Source of the DNA: Alphaproteobacteria bacterium
GTDB lineage: Bacteria > Pseudomonadota > Alphaproteobacteria > SP197
DNA length: 64,000 nt
Assembly (NCBI GenBank): GCA_964291415.2
Contig: OZ219917.1
Coordinates: forward strand, 928,001 to 992,000
Direction: 5' to 3'
Shown here one piece after another: positions 29,772 through 38,732 of this stretch. The notes under the pieces were generated by a model, which saw only the letters and a program-made list of their open reading frames with translations, did no database searches and had not been told where the DNA came from. Numbering within the stretch: position 1 is the first letter of the stretch; every line of letters begins with the position of its first letter. The position numbers and the translations under genes were made by a program.

Positions 29772-31731
29772 TGCGCGCCGCGGCATTGGTATAGAAGATC
29801 ATCATGCCCATGGCTGCGGCGGGAGCGATGTCCCCGGCGTCGTCCATGTTGAGGACCGCAATCGAGGCCAGCGACGTCTTCGGCGAATAGAGGAAGACCA
29901 CGGCGGAGACCGTCGTCATCGCATTGACGAAGAGATAGATCGAAATGTCGAGGATGGCGGGCAGGCAGACCGGAACGGTCACCCGGGAGAACAGCTTCAT
30001 GGCCGGCTGCTTCAGTGACGCCGAGACCGCCTCGAACTCGCGGTCCATCTGTTTCAGCGCCGTGACGGCCGTCAGGTGGGACACCGTGTAGAAGTGGGTG
30101 ATCGTGCAGATGACCAGGATGGCCATGGTGCCGTAGAGGACGTTCAGCGGATTGGCCGGGTCGTTGAAGAAGAAAATGTAGGCCAGCCCGAGCACCATGC
30201 CGGGGATGGCCATCGGCAGCATCGCGAACATCTGAAAGATGTTGCGGCCCGTCGTGAAGCCATTCGATTTCTCGACCAGGAAGGCGCCGAAGAAGATGAT
30301 CACGGTCCCGACGGCAGCGGTGATGAGGCCCATCTTGATCGAGTTGTAGTAGCTCGCCCAGCCGCCACCATCCATGAGATCGAAGCGGTAGTTGTTGAGA
30401 CTGAGGCTCAAGTCATAGGGCCAGAACTTGACCAGGGCCGCGAACTGGCAGACACCCAGAATGCCGAGAATGAAGACGGCGATGACGGCGCAGCACGCGA
30501 ACCAGGCGCGATCCCGCACACGCTCGGGTTTGGGCTGGAAGGGCACCGAGCGGGCCGTGAGCTGGGCCACCTGGCGGCGTTGCACGAAACGGTCGACAGC
30601 GAATGCCAGGAGCGCCGGGAAGACCAGTACCACCGAGACCACCGCACCCATTTCGAAGTTCTGCTGGCCGATGACCTGCTTGTAGATGTCCACGGCCAGC
30701 ACGTTGTACTGGCCGCCGATGACCTTCGGGAGACCGAAGTCCGTGATCACCAGGTTGAAGACGACGAAGGCCGCCGAAATCAGACCGTATCGGGCTCCGG
30801 GGATGGTGACGGTCCAGAAGGTCTTCCACGGCGACGCGCGTAGCGCGGCCGCGGCTTCGTAGAGTCGGGCGTCGGAGATCGCCAGTGCCGTCGACAGGAT
30901 GAGGAAGGCGTGCGGGAAGGTGAAGAAGACCGCCCCGATCACGATGCCGATGGGGCCGTAGATGCTCTCTCCCATGAGCAGGGCCTTCAGCATCCCCTGG
31001 TTGCCGAAGAGGTAGACGAGAGCGATCCCGGGCAGCAGGGAGGGCACCAGGATCGGCGCCATGGCCACGAGACGGAAGAATCCCTTGAAACGCGCGCAGG
31101 ATCGATTGAGGGCGTAGGCGTAGGCGAACGCCAGGACGATGGTGACGATCGTGCTCACGGTGGCGATCACGAGGGAGTTCATGATCGAGTTGGAGAGCGC
31201 CGGCGTGGCGAAATAGGTGCGGAAGTTGTCGAGTCCCGTGGAGGCGGCAGGACGCAGTTGCACGCGGCGGAAGGTGTTGGAATCGAGCTCCACCCACTCC
31301 CGGCCCTGATGGCGTGTCGAGCCGACAAGGAACGTCGCGTCATCGACCGTGCCGCGGATCCGGTACATCACGGGGCTGCGGAAACTGAACTCGGGAAAGA
31401 ACTTCGTCGCCGGCAGGCGTCCGTTGCTGCCGGTCGCAAGATCGGCCTCGCCATAGAGCTCCAGATCGGCGTTCAGCGCGCTGGCAAGGATCGGTGCGGT
31501 GACGAAAAGCCCCTCCTCGTCCGAGACCTGGAATTCGAACCCGGTGAGATCGAAGCGGAACGTCGACACCGACTTCGACAGCATGGCGTAGAGGGGAAAG
31601 GCGAGCGTCACGACAAGATAGAGGGCGATGATGACCATCCACAGCCGCATCATCACATCGTCGCGGCCGAGTTTCGCTCTGACGCGGCCCCCCTTCGGGA
31701 GTGCCGCGACGCTCTCAGACATCTCGGGCAA
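29710..31731 (-). CDS. 2-aminoethylphosphonate ABC transporter permease (two fused TM modules)
   Basis: Two EAA loops (LYEAAAALRAS; FEAVSASLK), DFGLPKVIGG, NAMTTVSAVVFLYS. Confidence 0.9.
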   Translation of the reverse strand: MPEMSESVAALPKGGRVRAKLGRDDVMMRLWMVIIALYLVVTLAFPLYAMLSKSVSTFRFDLTGFEFQVSDEEGLFVTAPILASALNADLELYGEADLATGSNGRLPATKFFPEFSFRSPVMYRIRGTVDDATFLVGSTRHQGREWVELDSNTFRRVQLRPAASTGLDNFRTYFATPALSNSIMNSLVIATVSTIVTIVLAFAYAYALNRSCARFKGFFRLVAMAPILVPSLLPGIALVYLFGNQGMLKALLMGESIYGPIGIVIGAVFFTFPHAFLILSTALAISDARLYEAAAALRASPWKTFWTVTIPGARYGLISAAFVVFNLVITDFGLPKVIGGQYNVLAVDIYKQVIGQQNFEMGAVVSVVLVFPALLAFAVDRFVQRRQVAQLTARSVPFQPKPERVRDRAWFACCAVIAVFILGILGVCQFAALVKFWPYDLSLSLNNYRFDLMDGGGWASYYNSIKMGLITAAVGTVIIFFGAFLVEKSNGFTTGRNIFQMFAMLPMAIPGMVLGLAYIFFFNDPANPLNVLYGTMAILVICTITHFYTVSHLTAVTALKQMDREFEAVSASLKQPAMKLFSRVTVPVCLPAILDISIYLFVNAMTTVSAVVFLYSPKTSLASIAVLNMDDAGDIAPAAAMGMMIFYTNAAARIIHLALSRGVMKRTQAWRFR

Positions 31732-32818
31732 AGGCCATGAGGCCGGATTTCTGGAGAGAGACGTGGATGTCCTGACCCGCCTCGAGCGACAGGTTGCGCA
31801 CGGCGTTCGCCGGGAAGTCGGCCATCAGCGCGTCGCTGCCGAAGTCCTCGCTGTGGAGAAGGCAACGCCAGAAGGACCCAAGGAACGCCATGTCGGCCAG
31901 GGTGACCTTCTCGCAGTTGACGTCATCGGGAGAAGGCCGGTACCCGGTGCCGAGCGGCACGATCTCGTCGGGCCGGATGGCCGCGATGACCGCTGCGCCG
32001 GCCTCGTGGTCATGTGTCCGGCAACAGAACTCGCTCTGGCCGACCCGCACCCTGCCGCTGTCGACGACGCGGGCGTCGAGCTGGTTCATCTCGCCGATGA
32101 AGCCGGCGACGAACAGCGATGCAGGATCGCTGTAGACCGCCGTCGGCGAGCCGATCTGCTCGATGACGCCGTGGTTCATGACGACGATCCGGTCGGCCAT
32201 CGAGAGCGCCTCTTCCTGATCGTGGGTCACCATGATCGTGGTCACGCCGAGCCTGCGCTGCAGGTCCTTGATCTCATGCCGCAGACGCACCCGCACCTTG
32301 GCATCGAGCGCCGACAGGGGTTCGTCGAGCAGCAACAGACCGGGCGAGGTGGCGATCGCCCGGGCCAGCGCCACCCGTTGCTGCTGTCCGCCGGACAGCT
32401 GGGCCGGATACTTGTCGCTCTGGTCGGGAAGCCCCACGGTCTCCAGCAGTTCCGCCACCCGTGTCCGGATCTCGCTCCTGGAGCGCCCCTGGTTCTCGAG
32501 CCCGTAGGCAACGTTGCGGTAGACGGTGAGGTTCGGGAAGAGGGCGTAGGACTGGAAGACAATCCCGAAGTCCCGCTGCGAGGGCGGCAGGGCGGACACG
32601 TCCCTGCCGTCCTGGATGACGGTGCCCCGTGTCTGCAGGTCGAGTCCGGCGATGGCTCTGAGCAACGTGGTCTTGCCACAGCCCGACGGCCCCAGGAAAC
32701 AGACGAACTCGCCATCCATCACCTCGAGCGAGATGTCCTTCAGAGCCACGAAATCCCCGAAGGCCTTCCACAGTCCGGAGATCCTGAGGCTGACATCCGG
32801 GGTGAGGGCGGGAGTCAT
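31715..32818 (-). CDS. 2-aminoethylphosphonate ABC transporter ATP-binding protein
   Basis: GPSGCGKT, FQSYALFPNL, LSGGQQQR, DEPLSALD, TOBE-like tail. Confidence 0.92.
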   Translation of the reverse strand: MTPALTPDVSLRISGLWKAFGDFVALKDISLEVMDGEFVCFLGPSGCGKTTLLRAIAGLDLQTRGTVIQDGRDVSALPPSQRDFGIVFQSYALFPNLTVYRNVAYGLENQGRSRSEIRTRVAELLETVGLPDQSDKYPAQLSGGQQQRVALARAIATSPGLLLLDEPLSALDAKVRVRLRHEIKDLQRRLGVTTIMVTHDQEEALSMADRIVVMNHGVIEQIGSPTAVYSDPASLFVAGFIGEMNQLDARVVDSGRVRVGQSEFCCRTHDHEAGAAVIAAIRPDEIVPLGTGYRPSPDDVNCEKVTLADMAFLGSFWRCLLHSEDFGSDALMADFPANAVRNLSLEAGQDIHVSLQKSGLMAFARDV

Positions 32819-32843
32819 GGGGCTGATCCCCTGCCGGAGCGCA

Positions 32844-32865
32844 CGGGGCGGCTCGCGCCGCCCCG
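32844..32865 (-). other. GC-rich stem-loop between the SBP and ATPase genes (likely mRNA-stabilising)
   Basis: CGGGGCGGC-TCGC-GCCGCCCCG, perfect 9-bp stem, no U-tract. Confidence 0.55.
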
Positions 32866-32883
32866 CAGAACTTGGATCAAGCC

Positions 32884-33906
32884 CTAGCTCTTGGGCTCCG
32901 ACTTGCCGTCGTACCGCGATTGCCATTCGGCGAGAATCGCGGCGCGATTGTTGGCGGCCCATTCGAAATCATTCTCGATCATGGCGTCGAGCAGACCTTC
33001 CGGGAAATGCTCGACCGGCTTGGCGACGCCGGGCATGGCGACCACCGCATAGCCGACGTTGTACATCTCCATCGCCTTGCGGGTCACGGCCCAGTCCAGC
33101 AGGGTCTGCGCGGCCTCGACATTGGCGGTTCCGGCGATGATGCCACCGGCTTCCATGTCCCAGCCCACGCCTTCGCTCGGAACGATGATCTCGAGCGGTG
33201 CGCCGGCGGCCTTCGACTTGGCGCCGCGGAAGGCGAAGGACACGCCGATCGGGATCTCGCCGGCAGCGGCCAGCTTGCAGGGCTTCGAGCCCGAATGGGT
33301 GTAGCGGGCGATGTTCTCGTGGAGGGCGTCCATGAAGGCCCAGCCCTCTTCCTCGCCGAACATCTGCAGCCAGCTCGAGACGTCGAGAAATCCGGTGCCC
33401 GACGAGTTCGGGTTCGGCATGATCACGTGGCCCTCGTACATCGGGTCCAGCAGGTCCTTCCAGGATCCTGGCGCGGTCAGGCCGTATTTCTCGCCCTCGA
33501 CGGTGTTGAAGCAGATCGACGCGACCCAGGCATCCTGGCCGACCCAGGCCGGCGGATCGTCATTGTCGACGAACTTGGGATCGAGCGCCTCCACGCCCAC
33601 CGGGGCGTAAGCCTCGAGCATGCCCTCGCTCTTGAGCAGCAGCAGCGACGTGGCGGCCAGTCCCCACACGACGTCGGCCTGCGGATTGTTCTTCTCGGCC
33701 AGCAGTTTCGCGGTGACGATTCCCGTGGAATCCCGCACCCAGTTGATGGTGATGTCGGGATGGTCCTCGTTGAAGGTATCGGCATAGCGCTTGAGGTCCT
33801 CGGCCTCGAAGGCGGTGTAGACGGTCAGTTCGGTCTGTGCGTTCGCCGCCGTCCAGAACAGCGCAGCCGCGGCGGCCGCGACTGCCAGTGGTGCTTTACG
33901 TAGCAT
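32884..33906 (-). CDS. aepX: 2-aminoethylphosphonate ABC transporter substrate-binding protein (AepX/PhnS2 type)
   Basis: Signal peptide; WVRDSTGIVTAKLLAEK, MPNPNSSGTG, YTHSGSKPC; phosphonate gene context. Confidence 0.85.
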   Translation of the reverse strand: MLRKAPLAVAAAAAALFWTAANAQTELTVYTAFEAEDLKRYADTFNEDHPDITINWVRDSTGIVTAKLLAEKNNPQADVVWGLAATSLLLLKSEGMLEAYAPVGVEALDPKFVDNDDPPAWVGQDAWVASICFNTVEGEKYGLTAPGSWKDLLDPMYEGHVIMPNPNSSGTGFLDVSSWLQMFGEEEGWAFMDALHENIARYTHSGSKPCKLAAAGEIPIGVSFAFRGAKSKAAGAPLEIIVPSEGVGWDMEAGGIIAGTANVEAAQTLLDWAVTRKAMEMYNVGYAVVAMPGVAKPVEHFPEGLLDAMIENDFEWAANNRAAILAEWQSRYDGKSEPKS

Positions 33907-34013
33907 GATTGGATCTCCTCAGTGTGACATGAGCCAGAATAGGAGACGGACAAAAAAAAGATAGTACGGGTGATCTTCGTCTCCTCCACCGGAGTGACCT
34001 GTAGACCGGGATT

Positions 34014-34031
34014 GTGACGGCCCGATGACAC
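34014..34031 (-). promoter_or_regulatory. putative Pho box upstream of the AEP transporter
   Basis: Minus strand GTGTCAT-CGGG-CCGTCAC against the consensus CTGTCAT-N4-CTGTCAT; 11-bp spacing; about 108 bp upstream of the SBP start. Confidence 0.55.
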
Positions 34032-34224
34032 AATGCACAATTCCCGGACCCTCTGCGCCAGCCGGGGCGATCGCGGGATCAGGCGGCCCGGGCGTCACCG
34101 GCAACGCCCGCCGCTTGCTGAGGGCCCCCGCGGCGAGACCACGCCCAACGCGACGTCCTCGTCAGGATGCGTCGCCTTGTCCCGGTTTCTGATGCCGTGG
34201 CAGATTCGGCCGGCAACCCTCTGA

Positions 34225-34473
34225 ATGCCGCGGGCGATCAAGCACGAGGACTGCCTGTTGCGGGAGACGCCGGACCATGTCCCGGCCCTGGCGAGGGGCG
34301 CCGACTACGAAATCGATCCAGAGGATCTGTCCGACATGGACATGGTGCACGCGCCGCGGTCTGGACTGACGCAAAGGGCCTTCGACGAGTGAGTCATCCC
34401 TGCCGACAGCCGCGAGAATCTCCTGCGCGGCCAGGCCTTCGAACCGCTCGTTCCCGATGGAATGGCAGGTTGA
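34225..34473 (+). pseudogene. possible gene remnant with an in-frame TGA
   Basis: Coding-like frame MPRAIKHEDCLL...RAFDE*VIPADSRENLL with TGA at 34390; family not recognised. Confidence 0.25.
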
Positions 34474-34554
34474 GAACGGGCTCTTCAGCACAAAATGACG
34501 TTGAGTCAGGATGTTGGGCCGTGTGTGACCGGTTGTGGCCTGATGAGGTTCCGT

Positions 34555-36225
34555 CTACGGATGGGGGAAGACCCACTGCGGCTCCCTGCCGCTGGAGATG
34601 TCACCGGGAAGCGGTGCTCCCTGGTACAGGGTCACGCGGGTCCAGAGGTCGGACTTGGGATCGAAGCCGTTGGCGCCGAAGAAGGCGAGCTTGAAGCGCA
34701 GGATATCGAGCGGCCGCCGGTCGGCCGCCAGCAGATTGTCGCGAATCTCCGCATAGGGAAGGCGGGCGAGGTGCTGGACGCGGCGCACCGTGCTTCGCCA
34801 TTCCGGCGCCGCGATGAGAAAGTCGGCGACGCATTCCCGGCGATCGTGATCCAGGAGCCTTGCTTTCAGCATGGCGACATCGCGTCCGATGGCCACGGCC
34901 ATTTCCTTGTCGGCGCCGGGCTCGGCGTAGCGATCCCCCACCCGCGGTTCCAGCTTTTCCTGCGAGTAGTACCAGAAGCGCTGGCGGGACTCCCGGGCGG
35001 CATGATCGATGGCGAGAGCCCAGCCGTAGTTCTCGTCGATGAGGTCGATGAGATCCCCGACCGGCATGGCCGGTCTCACGGCCGGCAGGCCGCCGGAACT
35101 CATGGACTCGCACAGCCCGTCGACCAGCGCTCCCTGGTGCTCGAGCAACAGGGCCACCGTCATCTCCTGGCCTTCAAGGGAAAATCGTCGCGACGCAAGG
35201 CGCCAGAGGGCATCCCAGGGCCGTTCGCCGTCGAGCCCATCGTTGCACCAGGAATCGAGGTATGCGAGGTCCTGGCCGAGTCTCGAGATGCGTGCCGACT
35301 GCACCGGATCATCGACAGTCCAGGCAGCAACGTGGCGCCGCGCGTCGTCCAGAAGATCGCGGAACTCCGCGATGACGTCGGGGGTGGCCCGTTCCACCTC
35401 CCGCACGCGCAGGAGGGCGCATTCGCGCGCCGTGACCCAGCTGTTGATCAACAGGGGGTGCTTGACGAGAAAGGGCGCCATGCCGAGGCCCGTGGCATTG
35501 CCGATACCGAGCGTCCTGGCAAGATCCTCCGAGAGTTCCGCAGCCCGGTGCCCTGACCGTTGCCGGGCCATGTGATTGACGAGATCGACACTCATCCAGC
35601 GGATGAGATAGACGGCCAGAAGTTCGGCCTGGAAGGGAGCCTCCAACTCCTCCCGTCCGGCGATCCGGCCGCGGTCGGCGCAGCCGAACTTGCCGCTTCC
35701 GTAGACCGCGGTCGTGCGCATCAGGTAGCCCACGTCCGATATCAGATCGCGACAGGGCTGCCGGCCACCGGCCAGGCTCTCCACAACGTGATCGAAGATC
35801 CTGCCGCTCCTGTTGGCCCGCGCCAGGACCAGTTCACTGGCCCGGAATCGCCCCGCCTCCTGGCGGGGCGTGTTCCTTGCGAGGCGTTCGATGTCTGCTG
35901 TGCCGGGGACACCGTCGAAGAGCGAGAATGTCGTGTCCCAGATGTCGGCGATGACCCGGTCGGTTCTCTCCTGTGGGTCGATGACTCCCGAAAATCCCAC
36001 CAGGCTGTAAGTCCGGCGGGGACCGTGCACAACGTGGAGCGTGCGGCCGACTCCGTTGCGATCAAGATCGAGGCGCACTCTCTCGAAACGCCAGCGTTCC
36101 CGGGTCATGCGGCGGACCAGCTGGCGCATGAAACTCAGCCGCGTGGGAAAGGATGATCCCATGCGTTCAAGGCGCATGACCTCGTCCGGGGGGCGAAGTT
36201 GCGGAGTGTCAACAACCGCCGTCAT
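34555..36225 (-). CDS. conserved hypothetical protein (556 aa), DUF3726-associated
   Basis: Long ORF with motif-like blocks TRLSFMR, YLMRTTAVYGSGKFG, GNATGLGMAPFL, FWYYSQEKLEPR, FDPKSDLW; ATGA-coupled to the upstream FMO. Confidence 0.85.
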   Translation of the reverse strand: MTAVVDTPQLRPPDEVMRLERMGSSFPTRLSFMRQLVRRMTRERWRFERVRLDLDRNGVGRTLHVVHGPRRTYSLVGFSGVIDPQERTDRVIADIWDTTFSLFDGVPGTADIERLARNTPRQEAGRFRASELVLARANRSGRIFDHVVESLAGGRQPCRDLISDVGYLMRTTAVYGSGKFGCADRGRIAGREELEAPFQAELLAVYLIRWMSVDLVNHMARQRSGHRAAELSEDLARTLGIGNATGLGMAPFLVKHPLLINSWVTARECALLRVREVERATPDVIAEFRDLLDDARRHVAAWTVDDPVQSARISRLGQDLAYLDSWCNDGLDGERPWDALWRLASRRFSLEGQEMTVALLLEHQGALVDGLCESMSSGGLPAVRPAMPVGDLIDLIDENYGWALAIDHAARESRQRFWYYSQEKLEPRVGDRYAEPGADKEMAVAIGRDVAMLKARLLDHDRRECVADFLIAAPEWRSTVRRVQHLARLPYAEIRDNLLAADRRPLDILRFKLAFFGANGFDPKSDLWTRVTLYQGAPLPGDISSGREPQWVFPHP

Positions 36226-37697
36226 CGTGTGCCGGTGAGTTCGAGAGCTCCGTCCTCGATGGGCGAGCGTTTCACCAGGCGGACGTCAAGGGCGTAGTCC
36301 TGGGTGTTGCGCCACGGATCGCGGTCCCCCTGCCGGGGCAGGAAGTCGAGGGCGCGGAGAACGTAGCCTGCCGGAAAGTCGTCGATCCACGGGCGGGGCG
36401 TCATGTTCCGGCACTCATCGCCCAGCCGGGGTGTGGCCTGCCGCGCGCCTTTCCTGTCCATGGTGTTGATCAGGCGGCAGACCCATGCGGCCGTCAGATC
36501 GGCGCGCAGGGTCCAGCTGGCATTGATGTAGCCGAATGTCTGGACGAGATTGGGGACGTCCGAGAGCATCATGCCCTTGTAGGACCAGTGTTCCGGGGGA
36601 TGCACGGTTGAGCCGTCAACGGAAAGCCGGATGCCGTTGAGAATCTTCAGCCTCAGGCCCGTGGCAACGACGATGATGTCGGCGTCCACGGTCTCGCCGC
36701 CGGCAAGCTCCAGGCCTTCATGCGTGAACCGCGCGATCGTGTCGGTCCGGACGGATGCCTGTCCGCTGTTGATGGCGTGGTAGAGATCGTCGTCCGGAAT
36801 GAGACACAGACGCTGGTCCCAGGGACCATAGCGGGGAACGAAGTGTTTTCTGACGTCTATGTCCGGCTTGAGTGCCCGGCGTACGAGACCGACGAGTTCG
36901 GCCTTCACCTTGTCCGGCTCGGTCCGGGTCCGGCGATAGAACTCGACATCCCGCCTGACGTTCCGCCACCGCGTGATGGCATAGGCCAGGCGGTCCGGCA
37001 GGAACCTGGCGAGGAGATTGGCGATCCTGTCCTCGCTCGGCCAGGAAACGACGTATGTCGGGGAACGCTGGACCATGACGACGTGCGCGGCCCCGGCCAT
37101 CGCCAGTGCCGGCACCAGGGTCATGGCCGTGGCGCCGGAACCGATGACGGCGAACCGCTTGCCCCGGCAATCCAGGTCTTCGGGCCAGAACTGCGGATGC
37201 ACGATGGTGCCGGAAAACCGGCCCTCGCCTTCCCAGGTCGGCCGGTAGGGGTCCTCGTAGTCGTAGTAGCCACCGCACAGCAGAAGCATGTTGCAGGCCA
37301 GGCGAACCGTCGTGCCCTCATGTTCCGCCTCGACGGTCCAGAGGGCTTCGCTGCTCGACCACGATGCCGCCGTCACGCGATGGCCGAAGCGGACATGGCG
37401 GCGGATATCGAACTCGTCCGCCGTCTCGTTGATGTAGGAGAGGATCGAAGGACCATCAGCGATGGCCCGGGCTTCCAGCCACGGCTTGAAGGCGTAGCCC
37501 AGCGTGTGCATGTCGCTGTCGGAACGCACGCCCGGATAGCGGAAGAGATCCCACGTGCCACCGATGGTCCCACGGCTTTCGAGAATGGTGAAGCTCTTCG
37601 ACGGACAGTGGCGCATGAGGTGCCATGCACTGCCGATTCCGGAAATCCCGGCGCCGACAATGACGACATCGATCTGTTCCATGGATTCGTCCCGCAT
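36222..37697 (-). CDS. flavin-containing monooxygenase (EthA-like FMO/BVMO)
   Basis: GAGISG, GGTWDLFRYPGVRSDSD, FSGTIVHPQFWP, GSGATA, WDQRLC. Start may be 37682. Confidence 0.9.
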   Translation of the reverse strand: MRDESMEQIDVVIVGAGISGIGSAWHLMRHCPSKSFTILESRGTIGGTWDLFRYPGVRSDSDMHTLGYAFKPWLEARAIADGPSILSYINETADEFDIRRHVRFGHRVTAASWSSSEALWTVEAEHEGTTVRLACNMLLLCGGYYDYEDPYRPTWEGEGRFSGTIVHPQFWPEDLDCRGKRFAVIGSGATAMTLVPALAMAGAAHVVMVQRSPTYVVSWPSEDRIANLLARFLPDRLAYAITRWRNVRRDVEFYRRTRTEPDKVKAELVGLVRRALKPDIDVRKHFVPRYGPWDQRLCLIPDDDLYHAINSGQASVRTDTIARFTHEGLELAGGETVDADIIVVATGLRLKILNGIRLSVDGSTVHPPEHWSYKGMMLSDVPNLVQTFGYINASWTLRADLTAAWVCRLINTMDRKGARQATPRLGDECRNMTPRPWIDDFPAGYVLRALDFLPRQGDRDPWRNTQDYALDVRLVKRSPIEDGALELTGTR

Positions 37698-37771
37698 GAT
37701 GCGCCAAGTGTAGAGGGTGCGCCCCAGTGAACAAACACGGGCTGGAACGTATCACCGTCCTCCGGCGGATA

Positions 37772-38698
37772 TCACCGCGTCAGGGCCCGGGAGACAGCGC
37801 GGCCACACGCGGCAAGCGCTGCGTCGGCCTCTTCGCGCACCACTCCGCGCAAGAGAAGAAAGCCGTGGATCATGTCCTCGTATTCGACGAGTTCGACGGG
37901 AACGCCCGCCGCCTCGAGTTTGCCTGCGTAGGCCACTCCTTCGTCGCGCAATGGGTCGAAACCGCAGACCATGATTGTGGCGGGTGGCTGATCCGAAAAG
38001 TCGATGGCCCTCAGAGGAGAGCATAACGGATTGTTGAAGTCTGCTTCGTTACGGGTATAGGACGCGACATAGAATGGCATGAGGTCAAGAAAGAACCCCT
38101 TCGAGTAGAGGCGGGAGGACTCGGTATCGGCCTTCATGTCGACATTGGGATAGAGAAGCAGCTGGTGACGGAAGCAGGGCCCTTGTCGTTTTCTCGCGAG
38201 ACGGATCACGCCGGCGGAGAAATTGCCGCCGGCGCTGTCTCCGCCTATGCCGAGCCTCTCGTCATCGACGCCGAAATCGGCGGAGCGCGAAACGATCCGG
38301 CACGCTGCGGCGTAGCAGTCCTCGAGGGGCTCGGGGAACTTCGCTTCAGGCGAAAGCCGGTATTCGACGGAAAAGACCACCGCGCCGGAGTTTGAGGCCA
38401 GGAGGCGGCAGATTGAATCGTGGGTCCCGATCGACCCTCTGACATAGCCGCCGCCATGAAGAAAGATTAGGGCAGGGCGCTGATCCCCCGGCGCCGGCTC
38501 GTAGACACGGACCGGTATCATCCCGGTTCCGCCTGTCAGGAAGACGTCCGTTGTACGCCAGATGTCGGGCCTGGCGGCATCGAGCGCGGCGAGTTCCCTG
38601 CGTAGCGCTTCGCGCGATGCCGGCAGATCCCCCAGGAGCGAATCGGCCTCGCCGGAAGCTGTTTCGAGAAACTTCGCGAGATTGGGATGCAGCGCCAT
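37772..38698 (-). CDS. HSL-family esterase (alpha/beta hydrolase)
   Basis: HGGG oxyanion motif, GDSAG nucleophile, DPLRDEG, HGF. Confidence 0.92.
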   Translation of the reverse strand: MALHPNLAKFLETASGEADSLLGDLPASREALRRELAALDAARPDIWRTTDVFLTGGTGMIPVRVYEPAPGDQRPALIFLHGGGYVRGSIGTHDSICRLLASNSGAVVFSVEYRLSPEAKFPEPLEDCYAAACRIVSRSADFGVDDERLGIGGDSAGGNFSAGVIRLARKRQGPCFRHQLLLYPNVDMKADTESSRLYSKGFFLDLMPFYVASYTRNEADFNNPLCSPLRAIDFSDQPPATIMVCGFDPLRDEGVAYAGKLEAAGVPVELVEYEDMIHGFLLLRGVVREEADAALAACGRAVSRALTR

Positions 38699-38732
38699 GC
38701 GGCCTCCGGTTGCACTCGCTCCAGGGATCCGA

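Larger units (their letters stand above)
22279..34555. mobile_element. putative non-autonomous transposon-like cassette carrying the aminoethylphosphonate cluster
   Basis: Imperfect terminal inverted repeats GGCGGAAC-TCAACTGGC (22279-22295) and GACGGAACCTCATCAGGC (reverse complement of 34538-34555); TA on both flanks; excision restores a stop codon, 8 nt, then the DUF3726 ATG. No transposase inside. Confidence 0.55.
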
